Of a DNA stretch of 64,000 nt, positions 24,841-38,163 are shown piece after piece. The notes beneath the pieces are model-generated. The model was given only the letters and a program-made list of their open reading frames with translations, did not search any database and was not told the origin of the DNA. Origin of the DNA: Marsupella aquatica (Eukaryota > Plantae > Marchantiophyta); assembly GCA_973895155.1 (NCBI GenBank), contig OZ316898.1, positions 13,109,659-13,173,658 on the forward strand, in the 5' to 3' direction. Position numbers and translations under genes: made by a program. Positions within the stretch are counted from its first letter, which is position 1. Each line of letters opens with the position of its first letter.

Positions 24841-27800
24841 TTGTCTGGTCTCACTGATGATATTACTTGGGTCGGTCAGGCAGGATGCCCAGTTGTACTA
24901 GTAGGCCATTGTCGTGGTGGCCTCTTGCTGAAGGAATTGTGTTTATTTGCGGGAAGGATGATGGCTGAGAGGAGTGGGGAAACAGCTGCACTGCAGCAAA
25001 GTCGTGAGCTTTTCTCTAATCTGGGAGGGATGTTCTTTATGAAACACCGCATACGGGTCATTGCTTGGCGACGAGTTCTGCAACAGTTCGAAGGTGCGCT
25101 TTTCGAAGAAATAAAGACTTTGAATGCTTCCAGTCCAAGAAGAAATGAACAAATCACTAATATAAAGTTGAAGCACACGTGGCGGACTCTTGGAGTGGGC
25201 GAATCATTGGAAACATTTGTGATATGCCCAAGTGTTCTTTACTTCTTGGGGTGCAATTTTGCAGCTGGTTGGTTTGTGTTCATATTGGCTTGGTTGCATT
25301 GTACTTTTGTCTTGATCGACATTTTCTCAGATGATGAGAATCACTTCCTTTCAGATGCTCCGTATCTCAATGGTTTAATTTATGGTTTAGTGTTTAGGAA
25401 ATCCTTTTCTTTGGTGCTCAAAGAAATTGCTCTGTCTCACTGCATTGAATTGCGATTTGGCTCATGATTCACTACTCAAGGCTTGAGAATGTTTTCCCCT
25501 CTTCATTGTCCTGAACTTCCCCTCAAAAAATGATCTCAGTTTTCAGATGTAATCAACAGTCGCTTGAGCCATTTGTCTTTCATAGGAATACCTTGGAAAG
25601 AATATCTAGGTGGGTCAAGAAGCGTCGACCAGGCCATACATTGATAGCAATTATACTGCTCCGCAAATCATTTCGACGTCTGCAAGCCAAAGGGCAAGAA
25701 CGACAGCACATTCACAGTCTCAATGATTTTCTCAACGAGGTATAAAGCATTTCATCAGGCATTGTTTTAAATCTAGAATAGGTGCCTAGTGCATTCTAGT
25801 AGGATCCTGGACACAGAAGGGGATCAGTTTAATGACAGGATGGAGATGCCGACTCTGATGTGGTCATGAGCTTACGTAATTTTTTCTTGACGATTTGTCG
25901 GTCTCAGTATCGAGCCTGTATTTCAGTTACGGAGAGAAGAATGCTGTGGTGGCTGTTTGTTGTATGATCTCTAATTACCCTTCACCTGTGTTTGTTGTAT
26001 GATCTTTAATTTACCCTTCACCTGCTGTGAATGACTAGTTCTTCACGTTTCCTGCTTCCTAGAAAACTTCACATTTTCGGTCCAGTTCTTCAGTTTCTCC
26101 AGTTACTTCTCTCGGTATGAGCGGATTCGGGAAATCAGCTCTAGCCCGGCAGGTGCTCGACGACATCTCTCCCAAATCTAGACTCAAATGCTTTGTGACT
26201 CTCGACGGTATTGAATGTTCAAGCTTCGAAGAAAAGATACTGAGAAAGATTTATGCTGGAATGGAAGGAGTTGAAATGGGGCGTATTCGCCACTACTCAA
26301 GTATTCTTTAGTACCTGAAGGGACAAAGGTCTTGATGGTTTGGATAATGTGGAGTCAGAGGATGAGTTGAAAGCTTTGCCCACAGAGACATAGCTGGAGG
26401 GGAACACTAGATTGCTTGTCACCATGACTGAATCCCCGGGCTCCAGGACCCCATCAAATACTTTTCGAGTCCCATATTTGAGCCGTAGAGAGTCCCAACA
26501 CCTGTTTTGCCTTCACTCCCTTAAGAATGGAGCCGGACGCCAACATTTTAAGATTATGTCGAGCCAACTGATAGAGAAATGCGAAAATTATCCCTTGTCT
26601 GAAAATTCTCGGTAGCTTCATCAAGAACACCACCGAGGGGATAAAACAAAAAAGAGGGTTTTGGCTAGACCTTATTGACAGGGTGGATAAGGCAGAACGG
26701 GTTGGGAGGTGGTCACTATTCCAAACTTTCGGCAGGTTGGAAGTTTACTACTATGACCTTCTTCTTTCTGCCGCCGAGCAAGAGGTTTTCCTAGATGTTG
26801 GCACAATGTTTCAAGCTTTTCCTTTTCCTCGGTGGACTGCATCTGGGGAGCTTGCCGGGAGTCTGTAGACCTAAGCTGGGATAATTTGCAGCGAATTTAT
26901 ATAGCTGAAGTGGACCCTAAATTGCATCTCCCCGAGGACCTGTTGACAGACGGAGAGGATTTGAAAATTGGAGACTCATCTCTGAGACAATATTTGCGAA
27001 GGAATTCATCGCAAACTATGTGGAATTGTCCCAAGCCCATAAGGTAATTTGATCTTGAAGGTGCAATAAGTCAACTTAGAACGTTGACAGTGTGCCGTAA
27101 GTATTAATTGAGTATTACTTTAACCGTCTGGGCCTTTTTCTTTCATGACTTTTGGGTATTTCTGCTTCCGCTGTACTTTACATTTAAAGAATTGGAGCAA
27201 GCTCGATCAGAAGGCGTTGCTCACACAGTAGGAGCAATTTTGATCAGAAATCTTCACATTATCAAGAAGGAGTACATTTTATGAGAGGTTAGGTTTTAGG
27301 GTTTTCTGAGGAGTGGAGCAAGCAACTTCATTGCTTGGCATTGGAGGGCGTGGAGCTCACAGCAAAAACAGTAGAGCTTCCTAAATCCCTGGTGTATTTG
27401 AGATGGACCAACGGGACTTTCAAAACTGGCCCTGTAAATTTCACAACAGTTAAAAAGTTGGTTGTCCTAGACCTCACAGATCGAAGAGCGATGGAATCCC
27501 TCCCTCCCGACGTCATCAATGCTGCCAAGCTAAGGTGCTTGGAGCTGAAAAACTGTACAGGAAAAGACTTAACAAGACCCCTCTAAGATCTCCTGGACTT
27601 AGAGGATCCTGTGTGACAAAAAGACTTAACAGGACCCTTGTGCCTACCTATTTTGTTCAGATCTTGATGACATTTTACTCACCAGGGTCTGGTTAAGTCC
27701 AGCCCGAGGGGTCCTGTTAAGTACTTGTTTGAAAACTGTAACTCTTTGACGAGGCTGGGAGTATTCAAACATTTGAAGTACTTGGGGATGGAAGGGACCT

Positions 27801-28300
27801 GTGTGAGAGGTGCCTAGCAATTGTGGGCATTCGAAACAGCTGCAGTACTTGCATGCAACCGTGACCCTAGTTCCTATTACTGGCAGGGGTTCCGGTCCCG
27901 GCAAGTGCACATCAGAATATGACATATATTTTGGACAACATCACTCCATATCATGATAAATCTTATCATTTTCTTTAAATCAATGAGTGCACATTGTATA
28001 TTACCACATTTTGATGTGTGATTATCGGCAGGGGTTCTTCAATTTGTTGGAGGCCTTCGGATGTTAGTGTCTCTTGAGATAAGAAGGACACGAGAGAAGT
28101 TTCTACCGGATGACATTGGACTGCTCATCTTCTTGAAGGATCTGAACCTCGAACATACTTCATTGATCACATTGCCCCACTCATTTGGATTTCTCCAAAG
28201 CTTGAAAATGCTCATACTGGGCTTTACACAGCTTAAGCAGTTACCAGAGTCGTTTGGTCATCTGGTTCCTTTGAAGCAGTGCTTTGCAATTTATCTCAAT
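24841..28300 (+). pseudogene. Decayed alpha/beta-hydrolase-NB-ARC-LRR (HNL-type NLR)
   Basis: Motifs appear in order across shifting frames: hydrolase PVVLVGHCRGGLLLKE (GHSxGG-like, about 24890) and FF(Y)ETPHTG (frameshifted, about 25035); P-loop GMSGFGKS (26114); kinase-2 KVLMV(L)DNVE (frameshifted, about 26325); RNBS-B RLLVT; RNBS-C LSRRESQHLF; GLPL-like CENYPL.LKILGSF; RNBS-D EQEVFLDV; LRRs LPKSLVYLRW, KLVVLDL, LPDDIGLLIFLKDLNL, LPHSFGFLQSLKMLIL, LPESFG. Multiple stops and frameshifts. The 5' limit is uncertain and may be near 24420. Confidence 0.85.
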
Positions 28301-28339
28301 AATTATTGCCATGGCCCCCAAACAAGCCAGGGTTAATTA

Positions 28340-31300
28340 GCAAGCATTACCTCAACAGCCTTTTCTCACATAAAACTTTGAGACTCGGGCGGCTAGGAAT
28401 TATTGTGACAAGGGGGTTACAGCTGCAGACCTCCCCCAAACACAAACCAAATAAGAGAGGAGGGGTTGTTTGGAGTCAAGCAGGATGTTTTGTCTGCCCC
28501 ATTGTGTTGTTGAAGGGGGTAATGTATAGGATTAAGGGTATACATCCCTGTTATGAGGTATGTATTTGGGCAGACATATGGGAGACCGTGTACCTTATAA
28601 CTTATACCGTATGTCTTTGATGTATTTTCAGGCGTGCGGCCCTGTGTTGATTTATGATTGGCCCACATCGATCCTGTTAGTATTTCCCTCCTGTTTTGCA
28701 GCGTTCAATTTCCCAGAGACTTTGTAACGAGACATTAAAACATACACATGGAGAGGAATCACTAGGCAAGCACAATAATCTTTCAGCGCATGACCTTAAA
28801 GTACATGATTACAGGCAGGCTCCTATCCCTTATGGGTAATAGAGCCTGCAAGTTGGTGGAGATAAAGGATTGTGCGATGACACAAACAAGTTTCACAAAG
28901 TGTGTCACTGACTGATATGGTACAACCAAAACCTTACACAACTTATGAGGTGTAAATTGTACAGGTGGCCTACAGGTGACCCTAGGGTGATATGCAAATG
29001 GCTAGCTGAGAAGATTTTGCTTTGCCTGTGGTTTCCCTTGTCTGTTTGACATCTCCCTTGTCAGCTAAGCATTCTCTCTGTCACCCTAGGGTCTCCCGGA
29101 GGGATCTTCCAGGGGACATTTCACTTCACCTGGCCTTTTCCCCTTTCACTGGACAATGTCCACTATTACCCTTTGTTTCTCCCTTTACATTGACTGTTTC
29201 CACTGTCACCCGGCAACTCACCTGACGATCCCCGTGTCACCCTTTGTTTCTCCCCCGGTTCTCCTTGCACACAGATGAAAAGACAACACTATGCTCTGTC
29301 TGGAGCCCTCACTTTGCTCAGGCATGCACCTAATGGCCTGATGGGACTGACTTGTGGATTGAGCTTTTTGGATTGCATGACCCACATTGCAACTGGATAG
29401 TAGAGGGGGCCCAACTTACCAACACCTCTACAGCCAGTCCTTCGAGTAGGCCTGTAATAACTTTGGAAAGCCTAAAACCGGAGCTGCTGGTTCAAGACCT
29501 GCCCAGTCAGTGTTCCCTCCTGCCCAAGTGAATTGCTCCTCCCCTCTTAGCTCCCTTACTTCCAAAAATGAAGCTTGGATGTTGGACACAGTGCTCTCGT
29601 GGACCACAGGAGTTTTGGTCTTATATCTTGATGATTATGAGTCTTTAAATAATTTTTAGTTTTGCACCTGCAAGGCAACTAGAGAAGGAGGAGACCTTAA
29701 AAATCACAAGCAAATACTTCATATTAACACAATGAAAATTACTCTAAATAATAGATTTTACCCATTCACATTCTCTGATAAATAACTCAACCAAAATAGC
29801 CAAAAATTCACTGTCACTTCTATGGAAGTGTAGCTTACCTACTACTCTAGCACATCCTCAAAACTAAAAAATATTTGAGTTTATGACCATCAAGTTCTTA
29901 CAATTAAACTGCAATTTTGGGAAATGTGGTCCATGGGAACACCACGTACCATTTTCCTTACTTCCAGTCCATTTTCAGCCAATGAAAATGTAAGGATTTG
30001 TTTTTGCAAATTCCTTCAATAATAATATAATCTATTTCTGGAAGGTATTTTTTAATAGCTGGAATCTCTTTGAGGTCTATGTTTAGAGCCATAGATTGAC
30101 CCCTTTGATGAACAGATGATATGACAATGAAGGCCTACATTTCCTTTTTGGGGACATTATAGTCCTCAATGTCCACTAAGTTAATAGACACTTAATGCCC
30201 TTAGTGATTTTTCCTTTTGTAATTGGTTCTTTAGTGAGAAAAATTCACAATACAGGTTTAGATTGGGGCCTTCTGATCTCCCCTACTTTTTTACTACAAC
30301 TAGTAACCCTTAAGCTTTCTAAACCGTGTCACAAGGGCATTAGGGGCAGTAATATCCCCACAAACTTGAAGTAAAGCCAGCCTGTACGTTGAAGGTGTTA
30401 AGGTCCACAATGCCTTGTAAGAGCATCTGCATCAGTGCTTGGCATCAAGCAACGGGCTTTTAGGGTTTTAGGCAATTCCCAGTCCCACCCTCTAGTTAGG
30501 GCTTTCACAGTTGCTGCAGCCTCTACATTGTTGCAGCCATCCAAACAAGTTTTATGGACGACCATATTCCCTGTTTATCCAAGTTGCCCTGCCTAATTTC
30601 CTAGAGTAGCCAATCTCGATCTATGTTGCTCTTCACTGCATCAAACATTGGGTCGCAGGCAACGTTGTTTGAAGGTCAACTTCAAATATGCAGGTTTCCA
30701 GTTTGTGGGTTTACCAGGGGTTGGTGCAATTGCTACAAGTTCATTGGACCTGAGAAAGATGCTGACCCCCATGCCCCTACCAAACTTAGACCAATGCAAA
30801 GGCCTGGAATGAAAACCAGTGCAGATGCTCCTCCCAAGACCATACCACATGCACAAATCCCTCCTGTTGTTTTGTGCTTGTATTTCCATCAGCCCGATAC
30901 AAGTTCCTTGAATGTAAATAGATATGAAGAACAAAAATCTTGCATAATAAAATTCCTATGCTATTTCAATTAATCTTTGCCCCAACCTTGTTTTTTGTCC
31001 ACTCTCATTTCAGTTTTGTCTTTACTTGGAATCAATATTATTTTTGTCCCCATTTAATCACTTTTGTCTGTATTAAAGGTTACAGTCTAGAGTCTTCACT
31101 CTAGACCCTAGGCCCTTAAGAGTAGCCTTCTCCACGCTTTTATATTAAAATGGATAGTTATGAGCCATAATCTCCCATGGGTGACTAGATTTCAGCCCCC
31201 TGCTAGGCCACCCATAGGGTTATCCAATCTCATGTGAGATAAAGAATACAGCCAACTACATTTGGGTGTTGCATTCTTTAACCCATGGTCACTTGGCTGT

Positions 31301-31440
31301 AACCCCATGGCAGATTACCTCCCATCACCTCCTTGGGGCCACGTGTTACCCTACACACAATTACCTATATCTGACTAGTCCATATAGGTACTGTAATTCA
31401 CTTTCCCTTAATTAATTGGGTTGCTTTGTCTGTGGGACCA
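28340..31440. mobile_element. AT-rich, CpG-poor non-coding block, probably nested TE relics
   Basis: The block abruptly follows the last NLR LRR. It has no credible ORFs and carries short internal repeats (tcaccc.../tttgtttctccc at 29020-29260). No termini or transposase were recognised. Confidence 0.3.
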
Positions 31441-32855
31441 TGTCTCCCTGTTAAGCCTTTTTGTCTCCCATGTAGGCCTTTTTGTCTTTAGCACCTGTGA
31501 CATATATTAGTCGAATTATCACCTGGAAGAGCCAATGAGGGGCAGAAGCAGTCCCCATGGAACCCGGAGGAGCACAACAGGGAGCAGGTGAAGACCGATG
31601 GGACCCGCCCTCGGATGCGGCGAACCAACGGCGCTCAAGTTTCCTATACCACGTCGTCAGCTGCTCAGCCATGCCGCTGTAGCGCTGTCATCCTCAGTCC
31701 CGTCAATCTAGCGATGGGGAGTCTCAATCCGAACCGTCCCGTGGCTTGCCCACTTTCGGGAGTCGATCTTGACCGTCAAACGTTTACCACTAATTGTAGC
31801 GAGTTAGCGACGAAGGTGGCTTTCGCGGCGACTCGTGCTCGAAATTGAAGTAGATAACGAACGAGCAGATATTCTCTTCTTTCGTTCTTTCTTACGTTGA
31901 AAGACTGCACAACAGTCATCGAGTGCTTTTCTTTGTTAGGAGTCGGAGCTTCGGATCTCAGACGAGTGTCGAATGAAGGCACGAGCGATGGTCGACGAAG
32001 GCGAAGAAACGATGGACATGCGGACGTCCTTCTTCTTCGGTACGTTGAACTAGTGAAGTTTGTTCGGAACTTTTGATTTCGGAGGAGTCCCTCTGGAAGG
32101 AAGTTAGGAAAGCGTTACAGATTTTGTGTAGAATAAGACGAAGAAGAAGAAGACGAAGAAGAAGAAGATCAACACGCGGACGTTGTTGATCTTCTTTTCT
32201 TCATCGGTACGTTGAAGGAGGGTTGAATTGGGATTTTAACTCTGTTTCTCGAAGAACAGAGGCCATTTCAGCGGCTGATGACGAAGAGCTCGTGGGGAGA
32301 GATTGTGTGATCGATCAGCAGCACAGTCCCATGCATTCTTTGTCCTTAAGGTCGACGAAAACGAGACAGTCGACCAGCGGGAGGAACAGTCGGGTGAATT
32401 ACAGGATTTGAAATCAGTTTGCAAGTAAGCTAATTTAAGTTCCAGACGTGATTAACCACATTTCGGTGAGATTGAGCTCGACCGGCCAGTCGCGCTTAAG
32501 CCTTCGCTTCCGGGAAGCGAAGGCACTGAGTTGAACTCGTTTCTAATAAGAACAGATTGGTGATAGAACCAAAAGACGTCAGTGAAGTTCAACGGGAGAT
32601 TCCTCTGCTCTAAGGCGAAGGTAGTCTGGAAGAAACGAACGGAAAGGCCTAAATCGTTTCCAAATTCCTAAGCAGATCTACAAAAAATCGAAGGGCATCA
32701 GTAGAGTTGACGACCAGATTGATTTTATTTAGCTTGTTTGAAGCGAAGATGCTCTGGCAGAAACGAGTTCAAAGGCCTGAATGAACTCGTTGCCACGAAC
32801 GAGGACGGTGGAACCAGTTGAACACTGCATACAGTAGCTTCGCAGGTTTCAACTG

Positions 32856-32998
32856 CTACAGGGGTGAAGCTCTACAGCGGCTTGCGGAAAGTCAGCTTTA
32901 TGTACGAATGCATGAGAGAATTACAACTCCTACAGCGGTGAAGCTATACAGCGGCTTGCGGAAAGTCAGCGTTATGTACGAATGCATGAGAGAATTAC
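32856..32998. repeat. Two-copy tandem duplication, 74-bp period, abutting the EamA start codon
   Basis: ctacag.ggtgaagct.tacagcggcttgcggaaagtcagc.ttatgtacgaatgcatgagagaattac at 32856 and 32930. Confidence 0.95.
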
Positions 32999-33010
32999 CA
33001 CGCACAGGCA

Positions 33011-36000
33011 ATGGAGGCGCTCAGATTGTCGAGACTTTGGACGCTCACGACGACAAATGTGGGAGGTGACGGTAGAGGTGGTGCCGGTGGAGAGAATTTT
33101 GCGATGAGGACAAGGAGTTCCATGCATAGTGCGACGCTGTGCAGCGGCGGCGGCGGTTGCGTTGCTGAGAAGAGAAAGAATGACCATAATGAAGCAGTGC
33201 TTGTAGCCGGTGTTGCGACGGGGCGATTAGGCTTAGTACAGGGCTCTTTACTCCACAAGCAGTATCAGCTACAGCGGCGCGGCGAGTCGGTGAGTTGTAG
33301 GAGCAACGACGAGAGTAGAGTGTCCGCTGCTGTGGCCGAGGTATCTGACGATGATGTTGAGATTCATCGGAAGGAGCTTTTTGCGCAATACTGGGACGAA
33401 GGATTTGAAGCTGCAAGGATTAGGAGGGAGTCGGACCACGATGAAGGGGAGGCCCACGATAACACTGACGAAGGCCAAGACAAACTCTTTGTTAGGCGCC
33501 GAGCTGCAGACAAAGTGTCTCCTTATTCTGTCGTCGGATCGGAGGAAGAGTCTCAGCCGGAGAACCGATTTTGGTGGAAGAGTCTCAATAAAAGACGAAT
33601 GCTGACGCCTCGCACGAAAGGAATTCTCTTGCTCAACATCCTGACGTTTTTGTACGGTAGGGCTGTCGTATCGGCCTCATATCTCCCGGGTTTGTGCAGA
33701 ATGAATGCAGCAAACCCGCTTTTTTGCTCATGAGGATCCTAATCTTCATCCTAGTCCAATTCGAATACTACTCTAGCGCTAAAATTGAGTTTATTCTTAT
33801 TTGTTAAATTACAAAGATGACTGCATAATCATTAAAATGTGAATGCCAGTCGTCATTAACATCACCTACCTAGACTAGATATGTCGCCAACTAATAGGAG
33901 TCCCCGTAAGACGAGATCTTGCGTGTTCAAGGTTTGTGTCCACCTGCTGGTTTCGTTTCTATAAATTCTTTGCAAGAAATTCCAAAGCCAATTAGTGTTT
34001 TTCAGACTGCATGGCATAGGACCGTCTTATGCATCTGTTTCCTGCTGCTGGCACGCCTTACGGTTGTTTGGGCGTGCCAGGAATCGCTATTTCGTGTTGT
34101 TATTGTCAATTGAATTTCCGCTCAGACAAGGCAAAAGCCAATCCATCCATCTAATCCGTCGTGATGACTCAAACGCAGGCAGTAATATATCAATTATCAA
34201 GCGGGCAGGATCAACGATGGATCCCACGTTGTTCGCTGTCGGTCGATTCGCTATCGCAAGTCTGGCGTTCACGCCTTTCTTGAGCCAAGCTCTCAGGAAT
34301 AAAAGCTTGCGTAACGTGAGTGTTGAGCTTGGGCTGGTGGCCAGTGCGGGCTATCTCACCCAGTGTGTCAGCGTACTTACTTCTGACGCGGCGCGCGTGT
34401 CATTCATCTCTACATTCACCGTAAGTTTCGGTTCTGCCGATCCATCTTGAATGAGATCGAAAATTTCAGTTCACTCTGTTATGATACATTTGTCCGATTT
34501 CAAGTTTGGCTATTTTACATGTACAGCATCGCAGGGAGCTCCTCTTCTAAGTATAGTTGTTTTCGTTCCAAAAAACGAGAAAGACGAAGATATGATGAAA
34601 TCGTTTGAGAAATAATAATGGGAGAGAACGAAGAGAAGCAAATTGTACCAAAACCGTTTCCGAAGTTTTATACAATTTCAACTGATAGTCTCTGTTTGGG
34701 TCCGGAGACTCTACATGACTCTTGGATACTGCTTAATTGTCGAATGAATGAATGGATCTAAAGTCCTCAGGGATCCCACTGGGTAATTGAGGCAGCAACG
34801 GAAAACACATATGGCAGTATGCAATGTGATCGTTTGGCCTTTTCAATCTGTACAGGTGATAGTGGTGCCGCTATTAGCAGGGTTGTCCGGAGCGAAAACC
34901 AGTAAAATCACGTGGATTGCTGCTGCCACTGCTCTTGTAGGTGTCGGAATCCTGGAGTCGAATGGAACTCCGTTTGCGGTAAGTCCCGTATGAAGATCGT
35001 TCCGAATTTTGCAAGATTGAAGTTGAGTTGAGCAATAGCTCAACTTCTGAACAATGATGAGGGCGCCTACAAGAGAAACGAGTTTTACCTTCTGTATCTC
35101 CTGGAACTGGAAGGATGCGTGACGTCGTCAAACATACAGTGGCGACTTTCCTCAAGCTAGAATGAGTTGGCAATGGAAGAATGGAAGTCTCATATACCAG
35201 TGACCTTCAAAACTAAAACATTAATGAATGAGTCAATGGGACGCACTTCTTTTCTAAGGTACTCCGCGAGGTGGGGTTGATAAGGTGAACTTCCACTTCA
35301 AATGGGAACTCGTCACCTATATCCTATCATTGTCTCTCTTGAGAAAGTCCATGGATGGGTTGCTGTACCTCGTGATCAAGACTAGAGCCTACTCCTGAAT
35401 GGAAAAATTCTGTGGAGCCTCCGCCTTAAGAATTTGATTTAGATCACTTACAGAGGGCCTATCGAAGTGTTATTGATAGCGGAACTTACTTGGATTGAAG
35501 GTGAAACTCTCTTAGAAAATAGGGGTGCCACCGAAATGTTTCATAATGATCTTACTTATACTCAACCATGTTTCTTTTAACCGGGATGATATTGAGTTAG
35601 CAACAGCCGGGGATGCCAAGTACCTGTTCTTACTTTCTTCAAGAACATCACCCTACTGTCAACTCAATTGAAAATGTATAGGTTAATGTATAAAAATCAT
35701 CATGATTGAGAGATATGCCGAACATGGCTTTGTGTTGTATAGCGTCTCAAATGGAAACCGAATTGTGTCTAAGCACGTATTAACTCGTGGCCTGGAAATT
35801 CCTTTCCAGCGATCAAACCCTGTCCCCAAACAAATGAAATTTCAATAGATAGTACTGTCGGGATGGCGGTTCAGAGATGACAAGCTTCTATTACCGCAGA
35901 TTGGAGACGTATGGAGCTTTGTGAGCGCAGTGATGTTTGGTGTACACATGCTCCGAACTGAGCATCACTCAAAATCTCTTGCACACGAGGATTCTCTTCC

Positions 36001-37129
36001 AGTAATGGCTCTTCAGGTACGTCTCGAGGAGACCGAACAAAATTAATTATCGCTCATAGAAAATTGAATCTTTCTAGCTTTATGGTACAAGATTTGAATG
36101 TGTCCCAAAAATGTTTTCAACTGAAGTCATCTGTACTCAATTCTGCAGCTGGTTGTCATCACTCTGTGCTCGGGAGTCTGGTTTTGTGCTTCTCACTTCA
36201 GTTCTGGAGATGTAATGGCTAATTTTGCCACCCCGAATTGGTCCAGTGTGTGCACAAAAATAGTGTCTCTACCTTGGCTACCCTTCCTTTACACGGGCCT
36301 TCTCTCCACTGCCTTCTGTCTGTGGGCCGAGGTAAGATACCCCTCCCTTCTCTGTACACTACGGTATAGTAGCAATGTCAGCTTCCTTTCTCTCATATGC
36401 TGGCTCACATCTACGTTATACTCCCTCGCATCTCGTTTCCCTTGAGTCATTGGTGTGACAGACTCCCTCCGATGCCCCTCTTACGTATACTACTGTAGCA
36501 ATGTGCGATCCCTTAGGTGAGTGACCGGGAGAGATTTCGTTCTTATGATCTTACCTAACATGCTAACATCCTATCATTGTCGTCCATAGCTGGTGTCCAT
36601 GCGGGACGTCAAGGCAACTGAGGCTGCGGTGATCTACACTTTGGAGCCTCTCTGGGGTGCCGCATTTGCTTGGTTGACTCTTGGAGAAAGATGGGGTGCT
36701 AACGGCTGGCTCGGCGCATTCTTCATTCTAGGTACAGTCCTTGCGTCTAGTTGATGATCTCTCTTTCACCAATGTTAGCATCAGTCCATTTACTTCGTGA
36801 TGAACTGATGATACGCGCTCATGAACTGACCTCTTCTCTCGAACCATTGTTTCCCTTATGGTCTCCGCAATTAATTGAGAACTTATTCCGGACGCTTGTT
36901 TTCAGGTGGAAGTTTGACCATGCAACTTTTTGGTCACCCGGATACTCCTGCTTTAAAAAAGATTGTCCTTCCTCCATCGAGCCTTGATTTGTTAGATAGA
37001 GTAGAATCCCCTGTAGAGGAGGAACTGCCATTAAAGAGCACCAAGGTAAGTGATGTGAGCATCAACGTACTTCACAAGGAAAGGCGGATAGCGCGAAAGC
37101 CCGTAAGAGCCTCCAGGATAGACAAATAG
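33011..37129 (+). CDS. EamA/DMT-family (nodulin MtN21-like) transporter with long N-terminal extension (possible plastid targeting), 7 exons
   Basis: Exons 33011-33656, 34179-34420, 34856-34978, 35900-36016, 36149-36331, 36590-36731 and 36906-37129 have GT-AG introns and join in frame. Motifs: GILLLNILTFLYGSNISIIK, RFAIASLAF, AARVSFISTFTVIVVPLL, GDVWSFVSAVMFGVH, LYTGLLSTAFCLWAE, ATEAAVIYTLEPLWGAAFAWLTLGE. Confidence 0.9.
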
Positions 37130-37876
37130 CAGATCTACGGGCCGCAAATCTTCATACATTTGTACAGAGTTTTAGAGCTCTTGCTACTGAGCTTTTTGAA
37201 CGGCATGATAAAGTGTCGTCAATAATCATAGGAGCTTCAGTAGTCCAGGAGTATGAATGTTCAAATGATATTAACGCAGTCATGGTTCAGAACAATTCTT
37301 TCCCGTGCGCCAATTTATCAAGGATGCCATACCGCATTTACAGTCTCATCAATTCCTTGCATCTGTTAAATGTTCCACGGTGAACGTTGCATTGCAAATT
37401 TTACAAGAGTCGGGATATGCAACCGAGCAGGTTAGTAAATTATGTATGCCAATCTAGATGTACCAACTTTTGTCAAGATCTTGCAGAAATTCGTCATCCT
37501 TCTAATACAAGTCCCACACTTTCGTCCTATCATCAAGAATTCCATTCAGAAACTGAATGAATTAGTGTCCACTCATTCTCAGCAAGGAACGAGGGCAAAG
37601 AGCAAGAAAAGGACTTCAGAAAGTATTCCAGTAGTAGAACATTCCCGACAACGTGCGGCCATCATTTTACCACCTAGAAAAGTCCCTAGACCATATCCGC
37701 CCGGAACCTGAAGCTGACAATACTGTGATATCATGACTGACGTATAGATTCTTTGACTGTGGCATCTCTTCTCGTGCTGTAGTACCTCCATCGGCAGTTC
37801 GGCACCGTCTGTTTGGAAGATCCTCCTCACTCATGTCGACGTTGGAATTACAGTAAAGATCCGTGGAGATTCTTTA

Positions 37877-37953
37877 CTCCTTCCGACACTCCTACCCATG
37901 TCGGAAGGAGAGCTCTATCTAGGATGTTTGTGACATGAAACCACAAACATCCT
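37877..37953. other. Two adjacent perfect 12-bp inverted repeats (twin hairpins)
   Basis: ctccttccgaca / 10-nt loop / tgtcggaaggag (37877-37910), a 10-nt spacer, then aggatgtttgtg / 9-nt loop / cacaaacatcct (37921-37953). Confidence 0.9.
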
Positions 37954-38163
37954 GTGCTTGTATCCACTGCGGGAAAGATAGCCCACTAATGATACCCGAT
38001 CGACAGGATTGCAGTAGAGGTTGTGCGCGGAGGCTGAAGCTCAATCAGGAGTGAGCATAACTTATGCTCGAAAGGTGGTTGAAGTTTTTGATAGAGAAGG
38101 ACCTCTCAGTAAAGCACTCCAATCTCGGCAGGAGGAGAGATTGTGAAACGATTCTGTGGAGAA

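Noticed and set aside
37877-37953. H/ACA snoRNA, tRNA or hammerhead ribozyme identity for the twin hairpins
   Set aside because: There is no ANANNA hinge or pseudouridylation pocket, no cloverleaf, and no CUGANGA/GAAA core on either strand. The hairpins are kept as an unexplained structure.
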